Part shown: positions 38,686-47,802 of the stretch, in pieces | Numbering within the stretch: position 1 is the first letter of the stretch | How the letters are laid out: each line of letters opens with the position of its first letter | Assembly (NCBI GenBank): GCA_050253415.1 | Contig: JBFWJC010000001.1 | Coordinates: 1,000,679 to 1,064,678 of the forward strand | From: Pedobacter sp. | GTDB taxonomy: Bacteria > Desulfobacterota > Desulfuromonadia > Desulfuromonadales > Syntrophotaleaceae | Reading direction: 5' to 3' | DNA length: 64,000 bases | The notes under the pieces: model-generated | Told to the model about the DNA's origin: nothing | Databases searched by the model: none | What the model saw: only the letters and a program-made list of their open reading frames with translations | Made by a program: the position numbers and the translations under genes

Positions 38686-39138
38686 ATGGAAGATGTTTTA
38701 TGGTGGTATTGGGTGGTGTTCGGGCTGGTGCTGGTGATGCTGGAACTGGTGATCCCATCCTTTACCATTGTCTGGTTCGGGCTTGGCGCCTGTTGTGTCG
38801 GTCTGGTTATGCGGGTGTTTCCCGCGCTGCCATTCTCATGGCAATTGCTGCTTTGGGCTGGAACCTCAACCCTCTGGACTGTTCTCTGGTTTCGATGGCT
38901 TAAGCCGCACATGGCGGATCGCACCAAGGCCGGCATGTCCAAGGATGCCATTGTCGGTGAAGTTGGTATTGTGGTGCAGGCTGTACAACCACCTCATGGT
39001 AAGGGCCGGATCCGCTTTGTCGTGCCATTGCTGGGTGATGAAGAGTGGCCCTGCATTTGCGATGTGTCTTTGGCCCCCGGCGACGAAGCCCGGGTGCTGG
39101 ATATTGACGGGCACGTGTTACGCGTGACCAAGAAGTAG
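38686..39138 (+). CDS. NfeD family membrane protein
   Basis: TM helices with ELVIP, C-terminal OB fold (G..W...LRV); precedes SPFH gene. Confidence 0.85.
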   Translation: MEDVLWWYWVVFGLVLVMLELVIPSFTIVWFGLGACCVGLVMRVFPALPFSWQLLLWAGTSTLWTVLWFRWLKPHMADRTKAGMSKDAIVGEVGIVVQAVQPPHGKGRIRFVVPLLGDEEWPCICDVSLAPGDEARVLDIDGHVLRVTKK

Positions 39139-39240
39139 CGATCGGTTGTTGGCCTTTTTGCCTTTGTGGGCAGGGAGGCCCTTGTTGTTTTATGGCGGGT
39201 TTTTGTTTGTCTCCAATATCTTAAACCAGGGAGGAGTTCC

Positions 39241-40116
39241 ATGGAGTTTATGTTGGCTATAGTGGTGATGTTGATGGTGTTTGTAACCATTTTTCTCGGG
39301 GTGCGCATTGTTCCCCAGGGGCACAAGTTTGTGGTGCAGCGCTTGGGGAAATACCATAAATCACTTAATCCCGGGCTTAATTTTGTCATTCCGTATCTGG
39401 ATGTCATCGCCTACCGGGTATTGACCAAGGACATTTCACTTGATATCCCGAGTCAGGAAGTGATCACCAAAGACAATGCCGTCATCATGACCAATGCCAT
39501 TGCCTTCATCAGTATTATTGATCCGCCCAAGGCGGTGTACGGTATCGATAATTACCGTATTGCTATTACCAATCTGGTACAGACATCCCTGCGCAGTATC
39601 GTTGGCGAAATGAATCTGGATGATGCTCTGAGTTCTCGCGATATGATCAAGGCGCGGCTCAAGGAGTCGATTTCGGATGATGTTTCTGCCTGGGGTATCG
39701 TGGTTAAAACGGTAGAAATTCAGGATATTAAACCTTCCCAGACCATGCAGATGGCCATGGAACAGCAGGCCGCCGCCGAACGTACGCGTCGCGCAGCCAT
39801 TACCGAAGCCGAAGGCAAGAAAGTGGCGGCGGTGCTCAATGCCGAGGGTGCCAAGGAGGCCGCCATTCGGGAGGCGGAAGGTAACCTGGAAGCTTCCAGA
39901 CGGGATGCCGAGGCAAAAATGATCATGGCGGATGCAACCCGCGAGGCTATTACCAGGGTAACAGAGGCCATTGGGGATAACCAGCTGCCGGCCACCTATC
40001 TGCTCGGTGAGCAGTATGTCAAGGCCGTGCGGGATCTTTCAGCGTCGGGCAACGCCAAGATGGTGGTGCTGCCCTCTGATGTGCTGCAGGCGGTCAGAGG
40101 GCTGCTGGGAAAATAA
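39241..40116 (+). CDS. SPFH/stomatin (QmcA-like) protein
   Basis: VVQRLGKY, QEVITKDNA, LRSIVG, AAERTRRA. Confidence 0.92.
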   Translation: MEFMLAIVVMLMVFVTIFLGVRIVPQGHKFVVQRLGKYHKSLNPGLNFVIPYLDVIAYRVLTKDISLDIPSQEVITKDNAVIMTNAIAFISIIDPPKAVYGIDNYRIAITNLVQTSLRSIVGEMNLDDALSSRDMIKARLKESISDDVSAWGIVVKTVEIQDIKPSQTMQMAMEQQAAAERTRRAAITEAEGKKVAAVLNAEGAKEAAIREAEGNLEASRRDAEAKMIMADATREAITRVTEAIGDNQLPATYLLGEQYVKAVRDLSASGNAKMVVLPSDVLQAVRGLLGK

Positions 40117-40140
40117 CAACGCACGATGGAAAAATAACTT

Positions 40141-40176
40141 AAAAAGGGGAGCGGCATTGCCGCTCCCCTTTTTTTT
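40141..40176. terminator. bidirectional terminator
   Basis: AAAAAGGGGAGCGGC-ATT-GCCGCTCCCCTTTTTTTT between convergent genes. Confidence 0.85.
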
Positions 40177-40207
40177 AATTCAGGTGACGCTGAATCGAAA
40201 TGCTCGA

Positions 40208-41272
40208 TTATTGCCTGCCACTGTCTTCTGTGGTTGCCAATGCATCATTATCATCATTGTCGGCATCCGCTTGAGCTATGTGGAGTTGAAACTGCCGTAC
40301 GGCGTTGTTGTGTTCCCGCAGGGTGCGGGAAAACTGGTGACTGCCGTTACCGCGCGACACAAAATAAAGATAAGGCACGTTGGCCGGACTGGTTGCGGCC
40401 TGTAACGCTCTGGCACCGGGGTTCGCGATGGGGCCCGCCGGTAAACCGCGTTGCGTGTAAGTATTATAAGGCGTGTGAGTACGCAGATCGCGTCGGGTAA
40501 GGTTTCCGTTAAAATTTTCGATCCCGTAAATGACTGTCGGGTCGGCCTGCAAGGGCATGTTGCGCTTGAGGCGATTGTGAAACACTGCGGAGATAATCGG
40601 CATTTCCGAGCGCTTTGCGGTTTCTTTCTGGATGATGGACGCCAGTGTCACTACCTGATGGAGGCTAAGGCCTTGAGTTTCCGCCTTTTCCAGCAAATCC
40701 TTCGACAGGTGTTTGTTGAATTGGTTGACCATGAAGCGCAGCAGATGGCGGCTTGGAAGATTGACACCGAATCGGTAGGTTTCAGGAAACAGGTACCCCT
40801 CCAGGCTTGGTGCATCGATGCCGAGTTTCTGCGCAAAGGCTGGGTCCATCGCCAGGCGCAGGAATTCCTCATGGTCGGTGTAGCCGGCTTGCGCCAGGCG
40901 TCCGGCAATCTGCACGGCAGTCAGACCTTCAGGCAGGGTAACCCGTAGTCGCAGGGTATCGCCCTTGATCAACCGATCGAGTACCCGGCCGGGTCTGCTG
41001 GCTGCGGCAAAATTAAAATCACCGGCTTGGATATGGCGCGCATCACCCCTTAGCGTAGCAAGGATTTTCAGGTTGAAGGCGCTGCTGACAATCCCTTCAG
41101 CCTCCAGCTTTTTGGCAATCTGGTTGAAAGATTGGCCTTTCTGGATGGAAATAATTTTAGGCTGTTGAGGGAGAACAGGGCGCAGGATAAACAACCCCAA
41201 AGGCATGCCAAAGACAAACGCTGCCGACACGAGTACGGCGACGCCACATAAAAGTAGAGGACGTATTTTCAT
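40208..41272 (-). CDS. mltG: endolytic transglycosylase
   Basis: LEGYLFPETY, LASIIQKE, VFHNRL, LQADPT, YNTY, GLPAGPIANPG, LYFV. Confidence 0.95.
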   Translation of the reverse strand: MKIRPLLLCGVAVLVSAAFVFGMPLGLFILRPVLPQQPKIISIQKGQSFNQIAKKLEAEGIVSSAFNLKILATLRGDARHIQAGDFNFAAASRPGRVLDRLIKGDTLRLRVTLPEGLTAVQIAGRLAQAGYTDHEEFLRLAMDPAFAQKLGIDAPSLEGYLFPETYRFGVNLPSRHLLRFMVNQFNKHLSKDLLEKAETQGLSLHQVVTLASIIQKETAKRSEMPIISAVFHNRLKRNMPLQADPTVIYGIENFNGNLTRRDLRTHTPYNTYTQRGLPAGPIANPGARALQAATSPANVPYLYFVSRGNGSHQFSRTLREHNNAVRQFQLHIAQADADNDDNDALATTEDSGRQ

Positions 41273-41329
41273 AACTCCATGAGGCTGGCTCGGCAAGGCC
41301 GCTACGTGTTGAGAGCGGCCATCCGGGCT

Positions 41330-41920
41330 TCAAGCCTTGAAACGGTTTTCGCTGCCGTTCAGCAGCCGTTGGATATTCTGATGATGGCGAACGATAACCA
41401 CGAGGCTGATAAACAGCGTGGTTACTATCAAACTGAGGCTACCGCTGTTTAAGTATACCAGAAGTGGAATCGCTGCTGCCGCAGTGATGGAACCCAGGGA
41501 AACGTAGCGCCATTTCCACAACAGCAAGGCAAAGATTATAAAAGCGCCAAGGACGGCCAACGGAGAAAGAACCAGGAAGATGCCCAGAGCGGTCGCAACG
41601 CCCTTGCCGCCTTTGAATCTCAGGTATACAGGGTAGCAGTGCCCGATAAACGCTGCGGCAGCTACGGCGCCCACTTGAGCGTCGCCAAGCCCGAGCAGTT
41701 TCATGGCAATCAATACCGGCACGGCACCTTTGAGCGCATCGCCAAGCAAGGTCAGGACGCCGAGTTTCTTGCCTGCCACCCGGTAGACGTTGGTGGCTCC
41801 GATGTTACCACTACCTGAGTTACGGATGTCGGTTGCCCCGAACAGGCGGGTGAGGACGACACCTGTCGGTATGGCTCCGATCAGGTAGGCAGCGATCAGC
41901 GTGAAATAAAAAATCGTCAT
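41330..41920 (-). CDS. plsY: glycerol-3-phosphate acyltransferase
   Basis: GSGNIGATN, DALKG, GHCYP, FKGGKGVAT, HHQNIQRL. Confidence 0.95.
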   Translation of the reverse strand: MTIFYFTLIAAYLIGAIPTGVVLTRLFGATDIRNSGSGNIGATNVYRVAGKKLGVLTLLGDALKGAVPVLIAMKLLGLGDAQVGAVAAAAFIGHCYPVYLRFKGGKGVATALGIFLVLSPLAVLGAFIIFALLLWKWRYVSLGSITAAAAIPLLVYLNSGSLSLIVTTLFISLVVIVRHHQNIQRLLNGSENRFKA

Positions 41921-42359
41921 GGTGGACTCCACATACACTAAAAGCGGCCAGGGCCGCTTCAATGCAAGATTAGAGATCGGGAGACTAAGTGTGCCGGCAT
42001 CCCCCCGACTCTCGAAACCGGTATCGTATTTTAGCTGAGACCGGAAACCGAGATTTTTAATAATTGGACGAAATTTTTATCATGCCGACAGAGAAAAGGC
42101 AAGAGGATTCCCCTTGCCTATGCTGGTCAAAGCCGGGTTCGTCTTTTTTTATATATGATTTCAATAGGGTTAAGATTTGAAGAGAGAGCAGCCGATTACT
42201 TGTCTAAGGAGATCCTTTAGCCTGTCAAGGCCGGTGAACGTCGAAATACAATCCAGAAATGGTGCTTTTTTAGGGGGATCGCCGAGGCTTGCGACTGTGC
42301 ATAGCCATGGTAATGTTCTAATGGATTCATGGTAGCGACTCATACACAAGGAGGTCATC

Positions 42360-43547
42360 ATGCAAGGCTTTTGGAGTGCGTTTTTAAATCAGTTGGGGCA
42401 ATACGTCCCGAATGTACTGGGTGCTCTGGCTATTCTGGTGCTTGGTTGGCTTTTGGCGGTCGGAGTCAAAAAATGTCTGGCTGCGGTTTTGTCCAAACTG
42501 AAGTTGGATGAACGGTTGGCGGAAAAGTCTCATGAACCTCTTCAGCTGGAAAAACTTCTGACCGGTCTGGTCTATTATCTTATCCTTTTGTTTGTCCTGT
42601 TGTTGACCCTTGAGTCCCTGGGCGTGGTCGGTGTCCTGGCGCCGGTCATGAACATGTTTGACGGATTTATGGTCATCCTTCCCAACATGGTTGCCGCCGC
42701 CTTGATCGGAGTAGCGGGGTATGTATTGGCCAAGATCCTGGCCAATGCGGTGCTTATCGGTGGTCAAGGCCTTAACGGTATGGCGCAGAAGGCTGGCTTG
42801 AGTGACAAAATTAAATTGCCCCGGCTTGTCTCCCAGATTGTCTTTGTGGTGGTTTTCATCCCGGTACTCATTTCGGCGTTTGCTGCCCTTCACATTGAAG
42901 CTATCTCTATCCCTGCTACCCAAATGCTCAGTGAATTGCTGGCCGCAGTCCCTGACATTCTGGGGGCGGTTGTTATTCTTGCCGTAGCTTATATTCTGGG
43001 CCGCTTCGTCACCAATGTTTTGCGTGATCTGTTGCAAAACCTGGGCGTAGACCATTGGCCGGAAAAGCTTGGTGTAGGCACTTTGTTGGGTACCGATCGA
43101 CGGCTTTCGGTTTTTTGTGCCAACGTGGCATTTTTCTTTATCATGTTGGCGGCAAGTGTTTCCGCGGCTGAAAAGCTTATGATTGTCCTGTTGGCCGACG
43201 CTCTCAACACCCTGTTGATCTTTGCAGGTCAAATTCTGTTGGGTCTGGTGATCCTGATCATCGGTAATTATATCGCGACGTTTGCCTATCAGGCTCTTAG
43301 CAGTTCGCCGACCAAGTCGGCGATGGCTACTATTGTCAGGGTGGCCATTCTGGCACTGGTGCTGGCCATGGGGCTGAGAGCCATGGGTATCGCCGATGAA
43401 ATTGTCAATATGGCGTTTGGTCTGGCTTTGGGTGGCGTTGCTGTGGCTTTTGCCCTGTCCTTTGGCCTGGGTGGCCGGGAAGCGGCCGGGCGCCAAATGG
43501 AACACTGGCTGGCCAAATTGCGTGAAAAGGGGAGCAAGGAAGGCTGA
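42360..43547 (+). CDS. CmpX-like conserved TM-helix repeat / mechanosensitive channel-type membrane protein
   Basis: Repeated 'YVPNVLGALAILVLG / LPNMVAAALI / VPDILGAVVIL' units; C-terminal ALSFGLGGRE. Confidence 0.8.
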   Translation: MQGFWSAFLNQLGQYVPNVLGALAILVLGWLLAVGVKKCLAAVLSKLKLDERLAEKSHEPLQLEKLLTGLVYYLILLFVLLLTLESLGVVGVLAPVMNMFDGFMVILPNMVAAALIGVAGYVLAKILANAVLIGGQGLNGMAQKAGLSDKIKLPRLVSQIVFVVVFIPVLISAFAALHIEAISIPATQMLSELLAAVPDILGAVVILAVAYILGRFVTNVLRDLLQNLGVDHWPEKLGVGTLLGTDRRLSVFCANVAFFFIMLAASVSAAEKLMIVLLADALNTLLIFAGQILLGLVILIIGNYIATFAYQALSSSPTKSAMATIVRVAILALVLAMGLRAMGIADEIVNMAFGLALGGVAVAFALSFGLGGREAAGRQMEHWLAKLREKGSKEG

Positions 43548-43734
43548 TCCAAGCTGGTTCGAGCGAGGTCTTCAGAGGCTTCGGTTGAATGCCATGACTG
43601 CTTTATGGTGCGATGCTTGTCAAGCATCCCGCTTTTTTCCGCTCTTCCGCAGTTGTTGGCTGCTTGCCAGATGCTAGAATTTTAAAGTGCGGTATTACAA
43701 ATCGAGACCCTATTCATTTGAAGGAGATTAAAGG

Positions 43735-44181
43735 ATGCCTGAGTTTGCCAACCCTTTTTCAGGGCTTTCAGCCGATCGCAAGGTAACCCCGGAGGAATTG
43801 ATTCGCGCTATCCGCTATATGATTGCCGCGGAGTATGAGGCGGTGCAACTTTACATGCAGTTGGCGGAGTCGACGGATAACACGCTTGCTCAGGAAGTCC
43901 TCAAGGACATTGCCGATGAAGAGCGTGTTCATGCCGGTGAATTCATGAGGCTGCTGATCGAACTCGCTCCGGACGAAGCGACATTGTATGCCGAGGGAAA
44001 TCAGGAGGTGCAGGAGATTATTGATCGCCTTGCGGGACAGGTAGAAGCTTCGGGAATGCCTGCCGCAGCCGGCAATCCAGAACCCGGGTCCTCTGATTCT
44101 GCTGTTAAAGAAATGCCGGAGGGGGAAGAATCCTCTCCAAAAACACCGCCTCCAGGAGTTGGAAACATCTTCGGCAAGTAA
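43735..44181 (+). CDS. ferritin-like encapsulin cargo protein
   Basis: EYEAVQLY and DEERVHAGE di-iron half sites; disordered P/S/E/G linker; directly upstream of encapsulin. Confidence 0.85.
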   Translation: MPEFANPFSGLSADRKVTPEELIRAIRYMIAAEYEAVQLYMQLAESTDNTLAQEVLKDIADEERVHAGEFMRLLIELAPDEATLYAEGNQEVQEIIDRLAGQVEASGMPAAAGNPEPGSSDSAVKEMPEGEESSPKTPPPGVGNIFGK

Positions 44182-44217
44182 CCATTATTCAAACAAATTA
44201 TTATAGAGGAGTGATTT

Positions 44218-45054
44218 ATGGATATCCTGGATAGAAAGTCCTCTCCTTTGACAGAAGAGGAATGGCAACGAATCGATCAAGCGGTTCTCGTAACGGCGCG
44301 CAACATGCTGGTGGGACGCAAGATGATTGAAGTTCTGGGCCCGCTCGGTCCCGGCGTTTATGCTCTGCCCTATTCGATTTTTAGCGGCCTTCAGCCCGCC
44401 GGCATGGACATGATCGGCGACAGGGATGATCTGGTGGCTGCGGCGGAACGTCGTGAGACCATCAATATTCCCATGCTTTTCAAAGACTTCAAAATCTTCT
44501 GGCGCGACGTTGAGGCAGACCGGCATCTCGGGATCCCGCTGGATGTCAGTGTCGCCGCGGTGGCCACCGCCGATGTGGTTGTTCAGGAAGACGATCTCGT
44601 TTTCAACGGGAACAAAGAACTTGGCCAAAAGGGGTTGCTGACCGCCGAAGGGCGGTTGCAAGTTAAAAAGAGTGACTGGCAGGAGGGGGGGAATCCTCTG
44701 TCCGATACCGTCAAGGCCGTCAACGCCCTTACATCTGCGGGGCATTACGGCCCCTATTCCATGGCGGTCAGTCCCTTTCTTTATGGGCAGATGGTGCGGG
44801 TTTACGGTAGCACCGGCATGCTCGAATTGGATCAGGTTTCCGCCTTGCTGCGGGGGAAAATCTATCCGTGCAGCGCCATCCAGGGTAAAAAGGCGGTCGT
44901 CATCGCCACGGGCATTCAGAACCTCAATCTTGCCATCGGCCAGGATCTCGTTACCAGTTACACTGCAGCGGAAAACATGAACCATATCTTCCGGGTGTTT
45001 GAAACTGTCGCGCTTCTTGTTCGCAGGGCCGACGCTATTTGTACCATAGAGTAA
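44218..45054 (+). CDS. family 1 encapsulin shell protein (Linocin M18)
   Basis: MDILDR..SPLTEEEWQRID, GRKMIEVLGPLG, EDDLVFNG, GHYGPY, LAIGQD; 278 aa. Confidence 0.93.
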   Translation: MDILDRKSSPLTEEEWQRIDQAVLVTARNMLVGRKMIEVLGPLGPGVYALPYSIFSGLQPAGMDMIGDRDDLVAAAERRETINIPMLFKDFKIFWRDVEADRHLGIPLDVSVAAVATADVVVQEDDLVFNGNKELGQKGLLTAEGRLQVKKSDWQEGGNPLSDTVKAVNALTSAGHYGPYSMAVSPFLYGQMVRVYGSTGMLELDQVSALLRGKIYPCSAIQGKKAVVIATGIQNLNLAIGQDLVTSYTAAENMNHIFRVFETVALLVRRADAICTIE

Positions 45055-45160
45055 TTTGACGGACACGGTACCGCGGTAAGGTCTTGCCGCCGGTATCTTA
45101 TGGTCGCAATCCCTTGCCCATGGACCGGTTAAAGGGGAGATCAGACCTGCCGATGAAACA

Positions 45161-45193
45161 AAAAGCCCCACTCCCTGTAAAGGGGGTGGGGCT
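45161..45193 (-). terminator. terminator downstream of tRNA-Pro
   Basis: Minus strand AGCCCCAC...GTGGGGCT followed by TTTTGTTT. Confidence 0.65.
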
Positions 45194-45220
45194 AACCGTT
45201 TCCGGGAAAACGGAAATTTC

Positions 45221-45297
45221 TGGTCGGGATGACTGGATTCGAACCAGCGGCCCCCTGCTCCCGAAGCAGGTGCGCTACCAGGCTGCGCTACATCCCG
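45221..45297 (-). tRNA. tRNA-Pro(CGG)
   Basis: CGGGATGTAGCGCAGCCTGGTAGCGCACCTGCTTCGGGAGCAGGGGGCCGCTGGTTCGAATCCAGTCATCCCGACCA; cloverleaf, anticodon CGG, encoded CCA. Confidence 0.97.
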
Positions 45298-45403
45298 TTT
45301 TGTTTGGACGCAAATAATTATCACGCCCCTTTGGAAATTGCAACAGCAAATTTCCTCAGCTCGAAGCCTTTCAGTCTGTCCGGTTGATTCTGCTTAATCA
45401 TCG

Positions 45404-45442
45404 GTAACCCAAAAATAGCCCCAATTTAACAGACGAGTAACA
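45404..45442 (+). promoter_or_regulatory. Pho-box-like 11-bp direct repeats upstream of porin
   Basis: TAAC/TAGC/TAAC/TAAC at 45405, 45416, 45427, 45438. Confidence 0.65.
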
Positions 45443-45538
45443 ATCGGATCGCATAGTTCACGCGCTATGTGAGCCGGCGTGCCGCAAGGCATGCGTTTCC
45501 TGTTTTTTTGTTGTTTTATGATGAAAGGAGTACCAACC

Positions 45539-46894
45539 GTGAAGAAGTGGCAAGTATTGGCAGTCGTTTTGTTGGGTGCTGTCCTGGCAACCCCGGCTAT
45601 GGCCATTAATGTTGAATGGCATGGCGATTTTAATAACCGTTTCTCCTACAGTACTCAGGCGGATGTGTCTGTACGTACGGTTAAGGACAGCTCCAAGTAT
45701 GTTGGTATTGATGGGGCGAGAAACTATAAAGGTCTGAACTCCGGCCTGACCAAAAAGGATAAGAACGACAGCGATTTTTTTGGAGAACTTAAATATCGCA
45801 TGCACCTGGTGGCTTCCGATGATGAGAAAAAGGTCAAAGGCGTGGTCGGTTTTGAATTCGGCTCTTCCAAATTCGGAGGAAAAGGCGCCGATTTCGGTGG
45901 TGATGACAACGTGTTCGAGCTGCGTTGGGCATACACCGACATTGAATTGCCTTTCGATCGCGCATCCCGCCTGGTTGTGGGCCTGCAACCTGTTGGCTAC
46001 AACGCTCTGCTGTGGTCAGATAACGCCGGTGGGGTCAAGTGGAACCGCAAGGAGGGCAACTGGGGTTACTCCGTGGGCTGGTTCCGTAATGACTGGAATG
46101 CTAAAGGCGCCGAAAAGGACGATGCACCCGCTACCCAGAAAAGCCGTTACGATGATGCCTATGCTGCCGACCTGACGTACACGTTTGAAAGTGGTAACAG
46201 CCTGAATGCTTTTGCGCTTCTTATGGATTCGGGTGAAGAGCAAAGCGATATCTCTTTGGTCACCGATGCGCAGGATACGGAAATCTGGCTGGGCTTGTCC
46301 GGAAAAGGTAAGTGGGGCGCTCTTGCCGCCACCGCGACGGGTATCTACCTGACAGGTGAATTGTCCGATAGCACCCTTGGCGACTTTGATCGCAGCGCTT
46401 ATCTGTTCTATGGACAGCTTGACTACACCGCCGGCAAAACCACATTTACTTTAGGCGGTCTCTATGCTTCGGGCGACGACGATCCGACCGATGGCGATCT
46501 GGAAAATTTTGATGTTGTCGATATCTCTACAGCCATGATCGGTTCGGTCATCATTTTCGACAATTATTGCGATGACAACTCGTTTAGCCAAGCCCCCTAC
46601 TTATTCGATCAGGGGTATAAACTGATTTATGTCGGTGTGTCTCATAAGCTGAACGATAAAACAAAAATCTGGGCCAGGTACCTTTGGCACAATACTGCCG
46701 AGGATGCGTATCTCGGCGCTGATGACATCGGACATGAGTTTGTGGTCGGGACCAGTTATACCATCATGAAAGGTCTTACTGCGGATATCAACGCCGGTTA
46801 TCTTGTTGCAGGCGATGCCTGGGATGCCATGGGCACAGATGGCAACAGCGATGATGTGTTCCGTACCGACGCTCGTATCCGCTTCAAGTTCTAA
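45539..46894 (+). CDS. outer-membrane beta-barrel porin
   Basis: Signal peptide ending AMA, alternating beta-strand pattern, Asp/Gly/Tyr rich, C-terminal RFKF; GTG start after AAAGGAG. Confidence 0.85.
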   Translation: MKKWQVLAVVLLGAVLATPAMAINVEWHGDFNNRFSYSTQADVSVRTVKDSSKYVGIDGARNYKGLNSGLTKKDKNDSDFFGELKYRMHLVASDDEKKVKGVVGFEFGSSKFGGKGADFGGDDNVFELRWAYTDIELPFDRASRLVVGLQPVGYNALLWSDNAGGVKWNRKEGNWGYSVGWFRNDWNAKGAEKDDAPATQKSRYDDAYAADLTYTFESGNSLNAFALLMDSGEEQSDISLVTDAQDTEIWLGLSGKGKWGALAATATGIYLTGELSDSTLGDFDRSAYLFYGQLDYTAGKTTFTLGGLYASGDDDPTDGDLENFDVVDISTAMIGSVIIFDNYCDDNSFSQAPYLFDQGYKLIYVGVSHKLNDKTKIWARYLWHNTAEDAYLGADDIGHEFVVGTSYTIMKGLTADINAGYLVAGDAWDAMGTDGNSDDVFRTDARIRFKF

Positions 46895-46966
46895 CACCTG
46901 TACTTGCCTTCCCCTCCGCCCGGACCTCCTCTCTTATCTTCCGGTCCGGGCGGCTTTCCCGCCGTT

Positions 46967-46996
46967 GGCCGTCCGCATTGCGGACGGCTTTTTTTT
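46967..46996 (+). terminator. intrinsic terminator after porin
   Basis: GCCGTCCGC-ATT-GCGGACGGC-TTTTTTTT. Confidence 0.8.
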
Positions 46997-47032
46997 CGTA
47001 TGTTCTTGGCACAGCACTATCTTGCCGTTATT

Positions 47033-47049
47033 CTAATATATGCCTAACA
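47033..47049 (+). promoter_or_regulatory. Pho-box-like site upstream of phoB
   Basis: CTAATAT-ATGC-CTAACA; same half-sites as at pstS. Confidence 0.7.
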
Positions 47050-47107
47050 ATTGTGGGGTAGATAAGGTTGCCGCGTTGTAAATCAAGGAGAGGAGTTAGG
47101 CTGTCTC

Positions 47108-47800
47108 ATGGCTAAAAAACATATTCTGGTAGTAGAGGACGAAGAGGATATTCTTGCCCTGTTGCATTATAACCTGGTGCGAGAGGGGTTTCGGGTGTCC
47201 CTTGCCGGTACCGGCGAGGAGGGGCTGGAGACTATTGCCGAAGATCCCCCAGATCTGGTGGTACTCGATCTGATGTTGCCCGGTATCGACGGTCTGCAAG
47301 TCTGTCGCGCTCTAAAGGAAAATGCCGATACACGTAATATCGCTGTGGTGATGGTGACCGCCAAGGGGGAGGAGACAGATGTGGTTGCCGGTCTGGAGCT
47401 GGGTGCGGACGATTATGTCACCAAACCATTCAGCCCCAAAATTCTCATTGCGCGGATAAGATCGGTGCTGCGCCGCAGGGAAAGTACCGAGGAACCCGCC
47501 TCCGAACAGGCTGTTGTGCATATCGACGAACTGGTGATCCATCCGGGGCGCAATCAGGTCACCGTCAAAGGGGAGCCTGTGGATCTGACGTTTACCGAAT
47601 TCCGGGTTTTGCACCTTCTGGCCAGCCGGCCGGGGTGGGTTTTTACCCGCTACCAGATTGTCAACGCGGTGCGCGGTGATGATTATTCGGTGACTGATCG
47701 AGCGGTCGATGTGCAGATCGTCGGGTTGCGTAAGAAATTGGGTGCATACGGCCACTATATCGAGACGGTGCGGGGCGTCGGCTACCGATTCAAGGACTGA
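47108..47800 (+). CDS. phoB: OmpR-family response regulator PhoB
   Basis: VVEDE, LDLMLPG, TAKGEE, KPFSP, IETVRGVGY; pst context. Confidence 0.9.
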   Translation: MAKKHILVVEDEEDILALLHYNLVREGFRVSLAGTGEEGLETIAEDPPDLVVLDLMLPGIDGLQVCRALKENADTRNIAVVMVTAKGEETDVVAGLELGADDYVTKPFSPKILIARIRSVLRRRESTEEPASEQAVVHIDELVIHPGRNQVTVKGEPVDLTFTEFRVLHLLASRPGWVFTRYQIVNAVRGDDYSVTDRAVDVQIVGLRKKLGAYGHYIETVRGVGYRFKD

Positions 47801-47802
47801 AC

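Noticed and set aside
44218..45054. HK97-fold protein as a phage capsid or bacteriocin
   Set aside because: Linocin M18-type sequence with adjacent ferritin-like cargo and no terminase or portal indicates an encapsulin
44185..45324. 379-aa minus-strand ORF
   Set aside because: Spans tRNA-Pro and is antisense to the encapsulin; no protein motifs
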